Below, piece after piece: positions 24,935 to 37,925 of a DNA stretch of 64,000 nucleotides. Position numbers and translations under genes: made by a program. Position 1 is the stretch's first letter. Each line of letters begins with the position of its first letter. Origin of the DNA: Schmidtea polychroa (Eukaryota). The notes under the pieces were generated by a model. The model did no database searches, was not told the origin of the DNA, and was given only the letters and a program-made list of their open reading frames with translations. The stretch is from positions 49,476,001 through 49,540,000 of the forward strand of contig CM097888.1 of assembly GCA_044892525.1 (NCBI GenBank), read 5' to 3'.

Positions 24935-25050
24935 ATAGCTCAAGACAAAACAATCCCGTCATAATATCTCAAGACAAAATAGTCCCCTCATAATTGCTTG
25001 CCCACAAAATAACTCAATACAAAATAGCCCCGTCAAAATAGCTTTACCGC
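24935..25050 (+). repeat. Degenerate short tandem array of CAAAATAGC-like units
   Basis: Several CAAAATA(G/A)C / CAAGACAAAA units at short spacing, typical of subterminal arrays of TIR elements. Confidence 0.55.
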
Positions 25051-26301
25051 AATATGAATTCCCAGAAACGTCGATAAATGAAATTAATGCTCAAATTGCT
25101 CCTATATATTCTGTATTGCAACCAAACGGCATTCTAAAAAAAACATTTTCATTACCTTCACTGAAATAATTATGCTAATATTATTATTTAATGTTGTAAT
25201 TCTTATTGATTATTTGTTAAAACTTCGGAATAATGTAATGTAAATGTTATTGATTAAATTATATATGTGTTGAAGTGTAGTTTTAATATTTTACCCTTTT
25301 ACATCACTGAAAAGAAGTTTTGGGCTTTTACACAAAGCGTACTGGCAGGTATGAGTGTGTGTGTGTTGATTACGAGCAGTCCCCATATGACCTGTACTAC
25401 TTTGTCGGATAAACTCAAACTATATATAAATGTCTACATGACTATATGTATACTATATTTAAATGTATAAGAACAATGCTGTATAAATAAATATGATTAT
25501 AGTTACTTTTTTGTGTCCAGGGTATTATGACAGGGTGCCCATTTTTCATTACTTTATTTCAAGAAATTTCCCATGCAGGTTTGTTTTAATAACAAGTGAA
25601 ACTTTTTAATAAATAAAAATTGAAATATCTTTAAATTATAAATGCTATTGATACAAATCCCAATTTACCTAATAATCATTTTGACTTTGATTTCGATTTT
25701 ACGTTTTTCTCTTTCTACATACCTTTTGCTATTTTATGAATCTCAACACACACAGTATCTTTCGGTTATAATAAAGTGCCTTCTACCAGAAAAAAATAAT
25801 TATAGCCGATTGTATTATTGAATTATCCAATCTGTCATCTATTTAACAGTGATTGTGTTTTTGCCTACGCATTGCACATTACAAACAGTAAATAGGATAA
25901 AATCGCACATTTTTCATTGTCGCAAAGGTCTTTAATACTACTCAGATGAACAAAAAATGCCATTTAAATACAACATGATACATTCACAACATATACGTAA
26001 TGAACATACACAAATCAGACATATCAGCTACTGTATTAACCACGTTTTACCTTTCTATCAAGCGTGGTTTGTCGCAAGTTATTGTATGTATGTTGAGTTA
26101 GAGAACTTTGCAAGACTCGTAAAGAGTTAAAATCGTCCACAGAAGTCGAATGTTTTAAAAGATAAAGATGAATTTGATGTCACATTTGCAAAGCTTCTGT
26201 GGGTGTATGAGTGTGTGAATCGGTGTCATAAGAGCTTTTATCATCGGAATGGTCACTTTCGATGTCATATATCAAACGAGGTAAGAAGTGTCATTCTAAA
26301 G

Positions 26302-26741
26302 CAGTGTTGTCCAAACTGTGTGCCGTGGCGGATGCCCCAGTGTGTCGTGAAATTTTTTTTTAAAAAAGTCCAACAAACCCTGTTTTTCAAACAACTTAAT
26401 AAAAGGAAATTGAATTGTGGATATTTTAACAGTTATTTCAAATTTAAATGTTAATCAGTCAATTAAGTGCGAAATTTATTTGTTTACAATCATATTTATA
26501 TTTCTTACTAGAAATATTGACTATCTAAAATACGTAAGCAGCTTAATTATGTTTATTTTTCATTCACTAATTTTTCCAAATTTAAAATTTTTTACATTAA
26601 ATTTATTTCAAGTAAATAAGTTTTTCATTTCTTATTAAAAGATTAGTAAAAGTGCAATAAAAGTGCAATAATTTAGGTGTGCCGCGAAAATTTTTAATTC
26701 AGCCAAGTGTGCCGTGGCTCAAAAAAGTTTGGACAACACCG
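26302..26741. mobile_element. hAT (Charlie-type) MITE, 440 bp
   Basis: TIRs CAGTGTTGTCCAAACT / AGTTTGGACAACACCG (1 mismatch); four GTGTG(C/T)CG subterminal motifs. TSD not recognisable. Confidence 0.72.
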
Positions 26742-27250
26742 ATATACGGTTTATGTTTTTAATTGATTGTGGAATAGGAGTGGAAGAGAGATAAGAGAGA
26801 AAAATTAGGAAGCAGAAGAAAATCAATAAAAAGAAGGCAATTAAATTAATAATACAAAAGAAGCGATACAAAAATTAAAGATAAAATTTAAATTGCTTTA
26901 TTATCTCGATGCCTTATTATTCAAGATACAGGGAAAGGACATGGGTAATGCTTGAGATGAGATCGTCAAAAATGCATTATCAACTAATTTCCACAAATAT
27001 AACCCACGTAGTATCGTGAAGTGAAGGCTAATCTAGAATTCATAAATAATTGTAATTAAATAAAACAAATTAAAATGGCCGCTTTAATGTTAGCATTTTT
27101 ATTAATCCGTGAATTTATTAATAAAATATTTTGTTAATAATTTACAGGTGTAAATCACAGCAAAAAATTCTGCGGAACGAACGTGAGAAATTATTAATAA
27201 AAATTGAAGTAATAAAGCATTCGTTTTTTTATCAGTAATAATTAATTGTC

Positions 27251-27577
27251 NNNNNNNNNNNNNNNNNNNNNNNNNNNNNNNNNNNNNNNNNNNNNNNNNN
27301 NNNNNNNNNNNNNNNNNNNNNNNNNNNNNNNNNNNNNNNNNNNNNNNNNNNNNNNNNNNNNNNNNNNNNNNNNNNNNNNNNNNNNNNNNNNNNNNNNNNN
27401 NNNNNNNNNNNNNNNNNNNNNNNNNNNNNNNNNNNNNNNNNNNNNNNNNNNNNNNNNNNNNNNNNNNNNNNNNNNNNNNNNNNNNNNNNNNNNNNNNNNN
27501 NNNNNNNNNNNNNNNNNNNNNNNNNNNNNNNNNNNNNNNNNNNNNNNNNNNNNNNNNNNNNNNNNNNNNNNNNNNNN
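27251..27577. other. Assembly gap (N run)
   Basis: Run of n. Confidence 1.
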
Positions 27578-27789
27578 TACATTCTTAGCTATATATGTAT
27601 AATCTTTAGATTTATTTTTGTTAATATTGTTTCAATTGTCATAATGAAATGTTTTTAACATTTTTTTTTCTAATTTTAATACTTGTAGTGAAATAACAAT
27701 TTCGCAATTGCGATTTCAATCAAAAACTATTGACATCAGCTGTCATAAAATATGAGATACAATGTCACATTATGTGGACCAATAATTTT

Positions 27790-28460
27790 AATGAAATTAA
27801 AATGTATCTATTATGAATTTTATTGGAAAATTTATACAAAAGTTTTTTTGTTAAAGGAAATTGCGAATTAAGTAAGACACATTATGAACTATTGGCAATT
27901 TAAAGGTTTGTTTTTTATTAAAATTACATACAGGATTTTTAAAAATTTTTGTTAAATTTTATTAAAATGTTATTAAAATGAAAATGTCGCCTTTATTATG
28001 AATTCAATTAGAATTATTTACAACATCCATCAAAGGTATGTGATGAAAGGACATATCATTGGCTATTGGTTATTTAAAGATCATTTTTTAATAATTTTAG
28101 TGAAATGAAAATGTATTTATCAAGAATTTTATTAGAATTATTTATAAACATAATTTTGGCAAAAACACATAATGGAGATTTATTTTTAAAAATTTACACA
28201 AAAAATAGCAAAAAGAATAGATTTTGTACAGTTGGTTTTTTAATATTTGTTATAAATAAATAATTTTATTTTTAAAATTAATATTTTTGCAAATATGGCA
28301 TGAGCCTTTCAAGAAAAATATTTCAATTTCAAATAAAAAAGTCAATTAATAATACTTGAAAGCATTGGACTTTTATGTGAAATTTAATAATAATTTGAGT
28401 GAAATGGAAATGTCGTATTTATTATGAATTTTATTAGAAAATTTCCACAAAAGATGTCGA
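27790..28460 (+). repeat. Degenerate AT-rich repeat, about four irregularly spaced units
   Basis: AAATG...TATTATGAATTTTATT(A/G)GAA-like block recurs near 27795, 27978, 28103 and 28402. Confidence 0.6.
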
Positions 28461-29682
28461 TAATTTAGTGCAATGTTTTGGGCAATTGGCAAAGTTATTG
28501 AATTTTTTTTGAATACATAAAGTTATCGAACAATGATTTTTTCATTAAGATTTTCTAGAAATTTAATTTCAATTATACCAATTTTTTAAAAGTTTTTGGA
28601 TTTTACAAGGTTAAAGACTTTATATATATAAGATTTTCGATGCTTATATTTCCAGTAACCTGTCGTTATTTTTCAAATTTTTAAGTAAATTAGCAATAAT
28701 TTTGAATTTCATTTAAAAGTTTATATTTTATATTCATATTCTTCACGTAAATGCATTTTTTTCATTGAAAAATTCTTGTAAAGACAATTTTTTGTCCTTA
28801 TATATTAAGATAGAAAAGCTGTTAAAATTTATAATAATATTTGTATTTAAATATTTTTAAGAAAGCGTTATTTGAAAGTCATGGTATTGCTTTGGTTTGG
28901 GAGATTTTTCAATTTCAGTTATTGAGCTTGCTCTAAGAATAATAAATATTCTTATAAAATCGTTTTGTAGTCAATTTTAAATTTTTACAAGAATTTTTGA
29001 GATTTTTAATAACATTTCAAAGTATATTATTTATTGAGATATGTCTTTTGCTGGGGTAGTGCTTGATTGACCTTAACTCATTTACGCACCTGTCTAGGAG
29101 ATGAGTGTCCATTCATTTACGCTAAGTGTGCTTACGTCAATCCGGAGCAAGACCCCGCACAACTTGTACTCCAACATAGCACCCGTGAATTGCTCCACGT
29201 TGGAAATGTGCTATGCCGGTGAGACACCAGTAAGCAGGTGAGCCCCTACCTTAGGACTACTCCTTACTGAGGCCTCGACTTCCTTTTTCTGACTGCCGAT
29301 GGAAGGGCTTACGTCTGATCACTCCACCATTTCCTTCCGTACCTGACACCGAGTTATATACAGATTGTCTAATGCTTTTCGAACTAAAGTTTGCGCTTGG
29401 GTTGTAAAAACTACTCTGAACCTTTATAATGGCTAATCAAACAAAAACTTACAATAAGAAATGACGAAAATTTCTTTATTCTACTATCATAGTACGCTAT
29501 ACAGTTAAAACTACAGGACTAATATAAATCAAGGGAAGACGGTTTACGAGAACATATAAGTCAGAATCGTTCAATTTACTAAACATGATCGATGTAGTTG
29601 CATTGGATTGAGATCTTTACTTTTCCCATTCTGCGTCGGCTAACAGCTCCTCCAGCTCGAAGAATTCGGAGGCATTCTCCTC

Positions 29683-30366
29683 CTAAGTTACACCAGCGGC
29701 GGAGATGATTCGCCCTGGGATCCCTACGGTTAAATCGATCGTTACAGGGGGATCGTTCGAAGTACTGGAGAGCTCGGCAGATAGTCCACTTTGTTTGGCG
29801 ATTGCTCGTTCGCGCTGACGCTTTTTACGATCAGCTCTGGACAACTGTCGACGCTTGGGTTTTGGAACAATCAGGGTGTTTGATAGTACGACAGAGGAAG
29901 ACGCGGTCGATGATAACCCTTTCTGGGCTCCAATGGGAGACACTATGGTTGACCTGGGAGAGAGATCGGCTTCCACGCATTCCCGGCAGGGCTTCTTAGC
30001 CGAAGATGACGAATTGGAAGGAAGTTCATGATGGACGGGGAAAAGGTCGTCCGCTCCATTGATAGGTATACTCACTATCTTTCTAGTTGCTGCCGCTTGT
30101 ACGTAGACCTTGTGTAGAGCCTCGGACTGCTCTTTGATAAGACTGCGTTGGGCCCTACTCTCGCTTATTAAGGCGTCGCGACAGTGCTCGCTTCGGTACA
30201 ATTTCTTTTGTACCTCCTTCATTTGTACTGGGCTGAACCATGTACCTTCCAGATGGTCGATCGCTTTCTTGTATCGACCGATCTGGGCTTGCAAATCCCT
30301 GATTATAGAATTCTTATCTGAGCATGAGAAGCAGGGTTTGAGAGACGACTTCGAGCTTGGTAACAT
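29683..30366 (-). CDS. Orphan ORF (227 aa from ATG 30366) in a GC-rich island: CxxC motifs, helical/coiled-coil N-half, Ser-rich region, basic NLS-like patch
   Basis: Long open frame in locally GC-rich DNA with PCFSC, PCREC and PKPKRRQLSRADRKKRQRER. The track start at 30372 is TTG. No family recognised. Confidence 0.5.
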   Translation of the reverse strand: MLPSSKSSLKPCFSCSDKNSIIRDLQAQIGRYKKAIDHLEGTWFSPVQMKEVQKKLYRSEHCRDALISESRAQRSLIKEQSEALHKVYVQAAATRKIVSIPINGADDLFPVHHELPSNSSSSAKKPCRECVEADLSPRSTIVSPIGAQKGLSSTASSSVVLSNTLIVPKPKRRQLSRADRKKRQRERAIAKQSGLSAELSSTSNDPPVTIDLTVGIPGRIISAAGVT

Positions 30367-31698
30367 TCTCAATGGCTATAATGAAAGAAACAATAAGGAT
30401 AAAATACAAGATTCGCTATGTCTATTAAACCAGCCTGGTGGCCTAATCATCTATGAATTTTCCTACAAGCTATACATTAATTTTGATGTGGTCCTAATAT
30501 ATTAAGAGGAAGGGATTTATGCTAATGGGTGAAGAAAATCTCTGAGTTATTATTATTAAATTCGAATGTCATCTACCGGTCGAGTTGTAAGCCGTGACCC
30601 CCTTTCCCTTGGTGTAATGGAGAAACAACAAAAACAAATTCGTAATTTATTAGATGCGGGGATGCCCAACCTCCTTGTACACAAAATGGACAACGAAATT
30701 GAGCCGATAACTAATAATTCCTTCAAATAATATCTTTGGAAATAGACCAAACGCAGAAAACAAAATTTTATTGTTAACGCCTTCCGATTTCCCGCTTAAC
30801 CAACGCATTATTCCCCCAGGACATAACTCAGAATTCCCACCTCGGCAAGCGGATGCGCAGGCAAAATTAATCTCCACTCAATAGCTGCTGGGTCCCCGTT
30901 TAATACCAAATTGTTTGGAATATGCACCAATCACCTGGCCGTTATCTATTATTAATGTTCGGAATTACCATTCTGCAAGTTAAAATTTTAATCTACGATG
31001 AAATTAGCTATATGTCGGGAAACACCTGTAATAAGATTAATCTCATGAAAAATAGTTCGTCATGCCAGATAATGGAAGCATGAGACAGGCGGCCTGCTAT
31101 CTATCCGAGCCAGCCTTGTTGTCTGTGCGTGTTTTAATTTCGGTTCTCAATACTTGTAGCTGACTGGGAAAATACTGCATGTCGCATATGTGAGTAAGTA
31201 CTAGTGTGTTAGTGCGTGTGATTTATCTCGTATGTTTGCTCATTATCGGAATTATCGTTCGCAGATGATCGCAATACACCACTGGGTCGAATCAATTCGT
31301 GGAATCAATATGTCATCTAGGTTGCTCTCTCATCAAACGCTAATGTTGGATTTGTTCCCCGCGATGTGCAGTTAATTGTGTTTTCTACTTGGATAACTTT
31401 ATTTCGTGGACATTTCCTTCGACTTATTCGAAAAATCTGCAATTTGACAAGGTCAATCGGAGGTGTCCTTTACTGAAGGGAGTTTATCCTACTGTGAGTG
31501 TAATTTTCAGAACACTTCGAAATAATTTGGTTAAAAATAAAACAGTTTCGTAATACATTTTCTTATTAAAAAATTGTGTTCAATAAATTTCATCTATACT
31601 TCTCATGTGATTGTATAGCGTCGACGAATGGGTTGGTACTCAGTTTCTACAGGTCAGACGGAAATTGACGTGCATTTCAACAGAAATGGGTTTGGTAC

Positions 31699-32013
31699 TC
31701 AGAAGATGGAATGTCGATTGGCACACTTAGGCGATTCAGACTGATTACGGGTATTAGGTAAAGAATTCAAGATGTAACAGCTAAGAATGATGGGTTTTGA
31801 AAAATAAACGTTTGTAGCCACCTCAGTCATGGTTTTTAAGATCGTCCTCATCTTCCAATCCGAATGGTATTCAATGTTATTGTCAGCTAATTCTTGCAAC
31901 ATTTTAATTCCCTCAGCGACGGACCCGTGAGGAAGCCCCCACTTTCCGGCCCACGTCAGCTGCGTTATTGAAGAAGTCTGTACCCACCGGCTGAGCTCCC
32001 GAAGGCTCCTCAC
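31699..32013 (-). CDS. Orphan ORF fragment in the GC-rich island
   Basis: 104 codons open from a GTG; protein-like composition; no family recognised. Confidence 0.25.
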   Translation of the reverse strand: MRSLRELSRWVQTSSITQLTWAGKWGLPHGSVAEGIKMLQELADNNIEYHSDWKMRTILKTMTEVATNVYFSKPIILSCYILNSLPNTRNQSESPKCANRHSIF

Positions 32014-33450
32014 ACCATGGTACAGGTCTCCTCAACTCCACGTTACTCAACCATAATTTTCATATAAATTCCATAAAAATCGAAATCATCATGCATAGTT
32101 ATCTATCATAAAAGGTTTTAAATTTCATTACTGAAAATACTTGATTATTAAAATATGAGACCAAATGGAGAGAACATTAAAATTTTATTAAAATTGTGAT
32201 AATAAACATTATTACTATTAACTTCCATGAGAAACATTTACTCGAATTCATAATAAGAATACATCCTTACTTTATTCTTTATCGATCTGTGATCTCGAAA
32301 AGCTGAGTCGAAAAGCTGAATTCGGTTATTGTACTGAGTTGAAAATCTAATTGTCCCTGATAGTCGTTTAGGTTGTACGTCGGTGATCGTCTGTAATGGT
32401 TGAGTGTTGATCTGTAATGGTGTTTGTTAAACAGTAGTTTTTAAATTATGAGCTTACCTGTAATGGTGTTTGTTAAACAGTAACTATATTGAATTTGCTG
32501 TTTGCTTATATAGGAATTTTTTGTTTATGCGGACCAATCAAAATTGAGTACCGCTTTAACTTTTAAATTAATTTGTTTTTCTTATTTCTTTGGTTGTTTT
32601 TCCTTATTTTTCTTTATTTTAATATATTTTTTATTTGTTTCTTAAATTCCTCATTATTTGTTGCATTTTTCGTCATTTTATTCCTTATCTTATTACCTTA
32701 TTTTAATTTTTCTATTTTTTATTTTTTGTTTTAATCTTAATATTTTACGTTATTGTTTCTTTTGTCTCTTGATTTATTTATTTTAGCAATTTGTGGTCTT
32801 ATTTTATTTGTTCGCGTCTTATCTGTCCTAAATTTGACGATTATGCTTTCGACTCAGCCCAAGACTTTATTCTGACCCGCTAAAAAGTGATATTTTCAGT
32901 AATTCATTAGGATCTTTGAGATTTTTGAAAAATTCCTTTGAGAGCTATATATTTTCTTACAACTTTTACAAATAATTTTAGCAGGCAGGAAAAGTGTTGA
33001 ATTTCTAATTTATAGGTAATCGAGTCGAATCACAGCCGTTTTATTTATAAATTTTTATGCTGATGCTTTTAGATCTTTTAAATGTTCTTTGCGAAAATAT
33101 GGAAATACATGCGATCTTTCTTTTTGGTAACAATAACTTCTGATTGAAAGCTCTCAAATTTTAGGGAAAAGATACTTTTGAGTTCTTCTCTATCTAAAAG
33201 ATGTCTTTGGAATGTTTTACTGTTCACGATTTTTTCATCTCCATCAGTACGTGTTTAAATTCACATTCGAAAATCTAACTTATTATATTTAATCTAGTAT
33301 TTTTATGTTTTACTTGTTACATTGATATTTTTTTTAAATTTGATAAAAATAGGAAATGATAAGATAAGTCATTTTGATAATCAAAACAGTTTTGGTTTTC
33401 TGCCGGAAAGTAGTAATATCTATTCATAAAAGAAATTCGTTGAGTTAGAA

Positions 33451-33912
33451 CAGGGTTCCCAACTTTTTCATTGTAATGTATCTTTACGTTGTAAACAATT
33501 TGATGGCATACCGGTAAACCTAATTTTTTTAATGGGGTATAAAATACAATGGAGATTTCTAATAAAGAATAGTAACTTCCGATATACTGATAAACGTATA
33601 AATAAAATATAATTGTGACTTAAAAATAGTCAGTGGGAAGGTTGGATCTGTTTATTATTAACTAAAGAAGAAATATCGGGCTCAATGTTTCTCAGTTTAA
33701 GCCGAAGATTCGATTCAATCGCAGTTATTGCAGAATATCCTGTTCCACATAAATATGTGGTCTCAATTGGCATTCAAAATTTTAGAAAATTAGAAATTGT
33801 AAAATATTAAAATGTATTGGTTATTTTAGTTTTTTTTCTCGCTTAACAGATTTTTAATAGTTTTTTTTAATATATAGTAAAGTAATTCGCGTACCGATAC
33901 TGGGAATTCCTG
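33451..33912. mobile_element. Degenerate hAT MITE, 462 bp
   Basis: Ends CAGGGTTCCCA / TGGGAATTCCTG; flanks AGTTAGAA / AGCTAGAC (6/8, central TA). Confidence 0.55.
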
Positions 33913-36900
33913 AGCTAGACAATGCTGATTAATATATAATGGTCTAATAATTCCCATGTCAATCTAGACAATCTACTTTACATTTTTAGTCATAATATTA
34001 GCATTGATATTTAATTGCAAACGCATATTATTAAAGTATGTTAGGTACAACAAAATTCTTGGCTATCATGTTCTTGAAGTTTTAATATTGAATTCCCAAC
34101 TGGCAGTTGGTATATAAATTATATTATAATATATTGATTAACAATCCGTATGTACGCCCTGTTAGTTTGTCACTGTCTCAATAATTGTGATCATTCATCT
34201 TTTGTTATATTTTTGTATTGTTTACTTTGTTATATATTAATTACTGATATTTCTTATAATTTTTGATTTGTTATCTGTCTCGGTTTAGTTTTTTAACCCA
34301 AGACCACGTTCCAAATTTTGCGTGGCTTCTTTCCGTGGCATTTGATTCTTTTGTCACACTTTTAGCTAAGTTTAACTGTTGTTTGGTAATTGGAAGTGGG
34401 TTATGAAGGCTGATTAATTATTATAATTTATTATTCGAGAAAAATTCACCAATCATTGGTAAAATCTCGGACTTAACTTGTTGAATAGTTGCTTAAGATT
34501 TTATCTTCTAGTTGGGTTGCAACGTTTTCAAATGTCTAAAGTAGGAAACACTAACCTGCGTGTCTCAAAATTAAGAATTATCGTATTTGGACCTTTTCAT
34601 TTTTTAAATGAAATTTTTGTTTTAAATAAGATGAAAAACTACATTTGGTTTCATTCATTGTATTGTTCTGGTTTATTATTATAGTTCTAAAAAACTCATT
34701 TAATCACAGATAAATAATCACAAATCAATTCAGCATATATATCCTCAATATTAATATAATAAAACTGATAAAAACAAGAAATTAAATGCCTGAATTTATA
34801 TTTAATATCGCCTTTAGCAAATTTTTAAATATCCAAGTTGCATTTTAACATTTTTAAAAACCGTTTGACAATTTGCCTGAGAATTAATTTTTACCAATAA
34901 TTCTGGCGCAATTAAATCAACAGGTGAACTGTTTCTGTCTTCGCTGCAATATACGCTACAATATTCAGCACGAAAGAGTATCCCTATCACAATTTTCAAA
35001 TATTACTGGGATTTTAATTGTTTATTCTAAAAAGCGGTGTCTACAATTTACTGTAAATGATCATTTAGGAAAGGATATAGTCAAATAGTATTATCTAGAA
35101 TAGTTAATGCAATTACTTTCTCCTCAATTTCGAATTCTCACTAAAATCAAATCGTTTTTTATATACTCTCGGAATGGTGTAAAAATTGTATAAAAAGTAA
35201 ATGAATTTATTAGTTTCATTATTTCCAAACTGGCGTAATTTCTTCATCACTTCATAGCCATAAAATGGCTACTCTATTCGTGAGCTTGCTTGATTTTTGT
35301 TTTGCTATGTTGTCCAAGAAAGAAAAGTGAATCAAATAATTATATATTTATAAATTCAAGACTCAAATTTATTCTTATTTTTAATTAACATTATAACATT
35401 TATTTAAATAATAATTATATTATATTAATATATTACTGTTCAATGACAATTTCCGAATATTCCGCCGTTTCTCGGTTTGATTGGTCTCGTAAATGGAATT
35501 GAGAGTCATCACTAAATTACAATTAGTAAATATTTATCGGCTATTCTATGTACAATAACCGAATAATGTTTCTCTGATTTTCTTCCATATTTATATACGA
35601 AGACTCTTCAGGTGTCTGAACAATTTCCTCATAGACATTTCTAAGACTTTTAAATTTCTTATCTAATTAAGAAATTTTTTACATTTTTGAAATCGAGGTA
35701 AATTTCTTTGTCATTCGTTTTTTGATAAGGACACAGGCAAGGACAAATACAAGTAACAAGGTTGATAGCAACGAAATGGCAATGAAAAGCCAACAATTAT
35801 TCTAGAATTATTTAGTTTGACCACATTAATTTAGAAAAGAAAGAATATGAATTTCGAATGTAGAAAATATATTCGCTATAAACTTGTTATAAAATTATCA
35901 AAATGACAAAAGTGCAAAAATTCATAAACTTTGAAAAATAATATTGATCTAGAGAAATGGGTATGGTTGAACGCCAAATCAAGGCACGAGCCCAGGAATA
36001 ATGACGTAACAACAAATTAATTATTCAGCTAGTGGGGAGTCCGAGCTAATGGGAAACCCGATGCGTAGACAGTCGAAAAATTATGGAAGCACGATAGATT
36101 ATTTAATGATTAAAATAAGTTTAGAGAAACCATCGAAAAAGGGCCTAGCAATTTACTTGTTGTTGAGGTTATTGATTGAATAATTGTTGAATGGCAATAA
36201 TTGTTTTGAAATACTGAATATAAAGAAAGAGAGAGCTGTAGCCAGTTTGTCAAATATGCAATAAAGAATTTCTGAACGTTTATGAAGCTCCGAGAGAAAC
36301 AAAAGATAAAATTTAAATGAAATTAAAGAAAATTATCTTACCAGCAAAGGTGATTAACCTTTGGGCAACACACTTTATAGATTATTTTGAGATAAAGGTA
36401 CAGTGATCATACAGCTATATGTTTTAATTGTGATAAAAATTGAATGAAGTGTTCTGTGCTGGGTTATAGTTATTTGATTGCAATAATAAAGGAAATGAGG
36501 AGTCTGGAACTATCCGAATTGTTAAAAAATAACTCAACAAACTTTTTAACAAAATATATTAAATATTTTAATTGCTTACAATAAATAATAGAAATATTTT
36601 AATTATTCTATTTCGATAATTTACGAATATTATAGTTGTTTAAATTTAACATTTTTGGCTGAAAAAAATTTTTAAATTCAAATAATAGTGAAATCGAACA
36701 AAATCTTTTAACAAAGAAAATTAAAGGTGTAACTGAATGCTTGGCAAAGAAGGTTTGATTATATGACGTGTTAATCAATTTAAAAAAATTTAAAAAACTA
36801 GCGAAATAAAAGGTCAACAAAATCGATAAAAAGAAAATTAAAAATTTTTTTTTAATAAATATTAATAAAATACAATGACAATTAGCAAATTTACCTCTTG

Positions 36901-37285
36901 AATGGTTTCAATGGAAGCAACAAAATGATCTGGATCATATTGAAATGCTATAAAAGGTATATAAAAAATAGAAATGATATTATAGTTAGGTAACCAAATC
37001 CTGATGTTATTGGTTTGCACTTGTCATTGTTATGACTCCATCCAACTTTTACATATTTCCCCAATTTAAATGAAGGATAATAAATTTTTTTTATAAAATC
37101 ACCATTTGAAATCTAATGAAACAAAATTATAAAAATATAATTAAAAATATAAAAACAAATTATTAATTTAATACAAAATATTTTAAATTCAATTCATTAA
37201 TATTGCATATTTTCTAAGAGCCGCAGTGAAAATTTTTTTGAATGCTTGCTAGGGAATTGTCAGACATAGTTAGGTGATAGTAGAG

Positions 37286-37904
37286 CAGGAGTTGCCAACC
37301 GGCGGCCAGCATGCTTTAATATTTCCGTGTCTACATTTGATGTTAGTATAGAAGAGCTCTCATCTGGCAAACAAGCTCAGGTTTCTCACTGAAAGACATT
37401 TGCCCTGAATAGTTAAAACGTAATGTTTTTGTGCAAGAATGTTTTTTGAATGTAAAGTTTTAAATATCTCTTTCTTTTCTTGTTTTCAGTTGGTAGCTTT
37501 ACGAACTGTAGTAAAAAATGTAATAATGGGCCGCCGGTAAATATTGAACAAAATTTATTGTTTATTTCATATTTTTATCTATTTTAACCAATTAGTTTTG
37601 TATGCTACATTTTGAAAATATGCCCGATTCATTATGCTTTATAATCAGGGCTATCAAGTATAAATAGTGCCAGTTTATCCTGTACCTAAGAAGCATAATT
37701 TATTTAACATGCACGCAAATGCTTTATTGTTTTTTAGCGGTTGTCTCAGACCCCACTACGGGCTATTACTGCGCTTCTCCTGTTCCTTAGTTGGAATTAG
37801 CACAGAAGCATTAGTTAAAAATTTACGCCTTTCAAACCTGCGGCCCGCCGCATTATTCAAAAATATTGTAATGGCCCTTTTACCAAAAAGGTTGGCCACC
37901 CCTG
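37286..37904. mobile_element. hAT (Buster/Charlie-type) MITE, 619 bp, copy B
   Basis: TIRs CAGGAGTTGCCAACC / GGTTGGCCACCCCTG; TSD TAGTAGAG / TAGTAGAT (7/8). 37621-37904 matches 23176-23459. Confidence 0.9.
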
Positions 37905-37925
37905 TAGTAGATGGAAGTGTGCTCC

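Noticed and set aside
36890-37070. Non-LTR reverse transcriptase fragment on the minus strand (VKVG...ITSG)
   Set aside because: Resemblance too short and degenerate to support.
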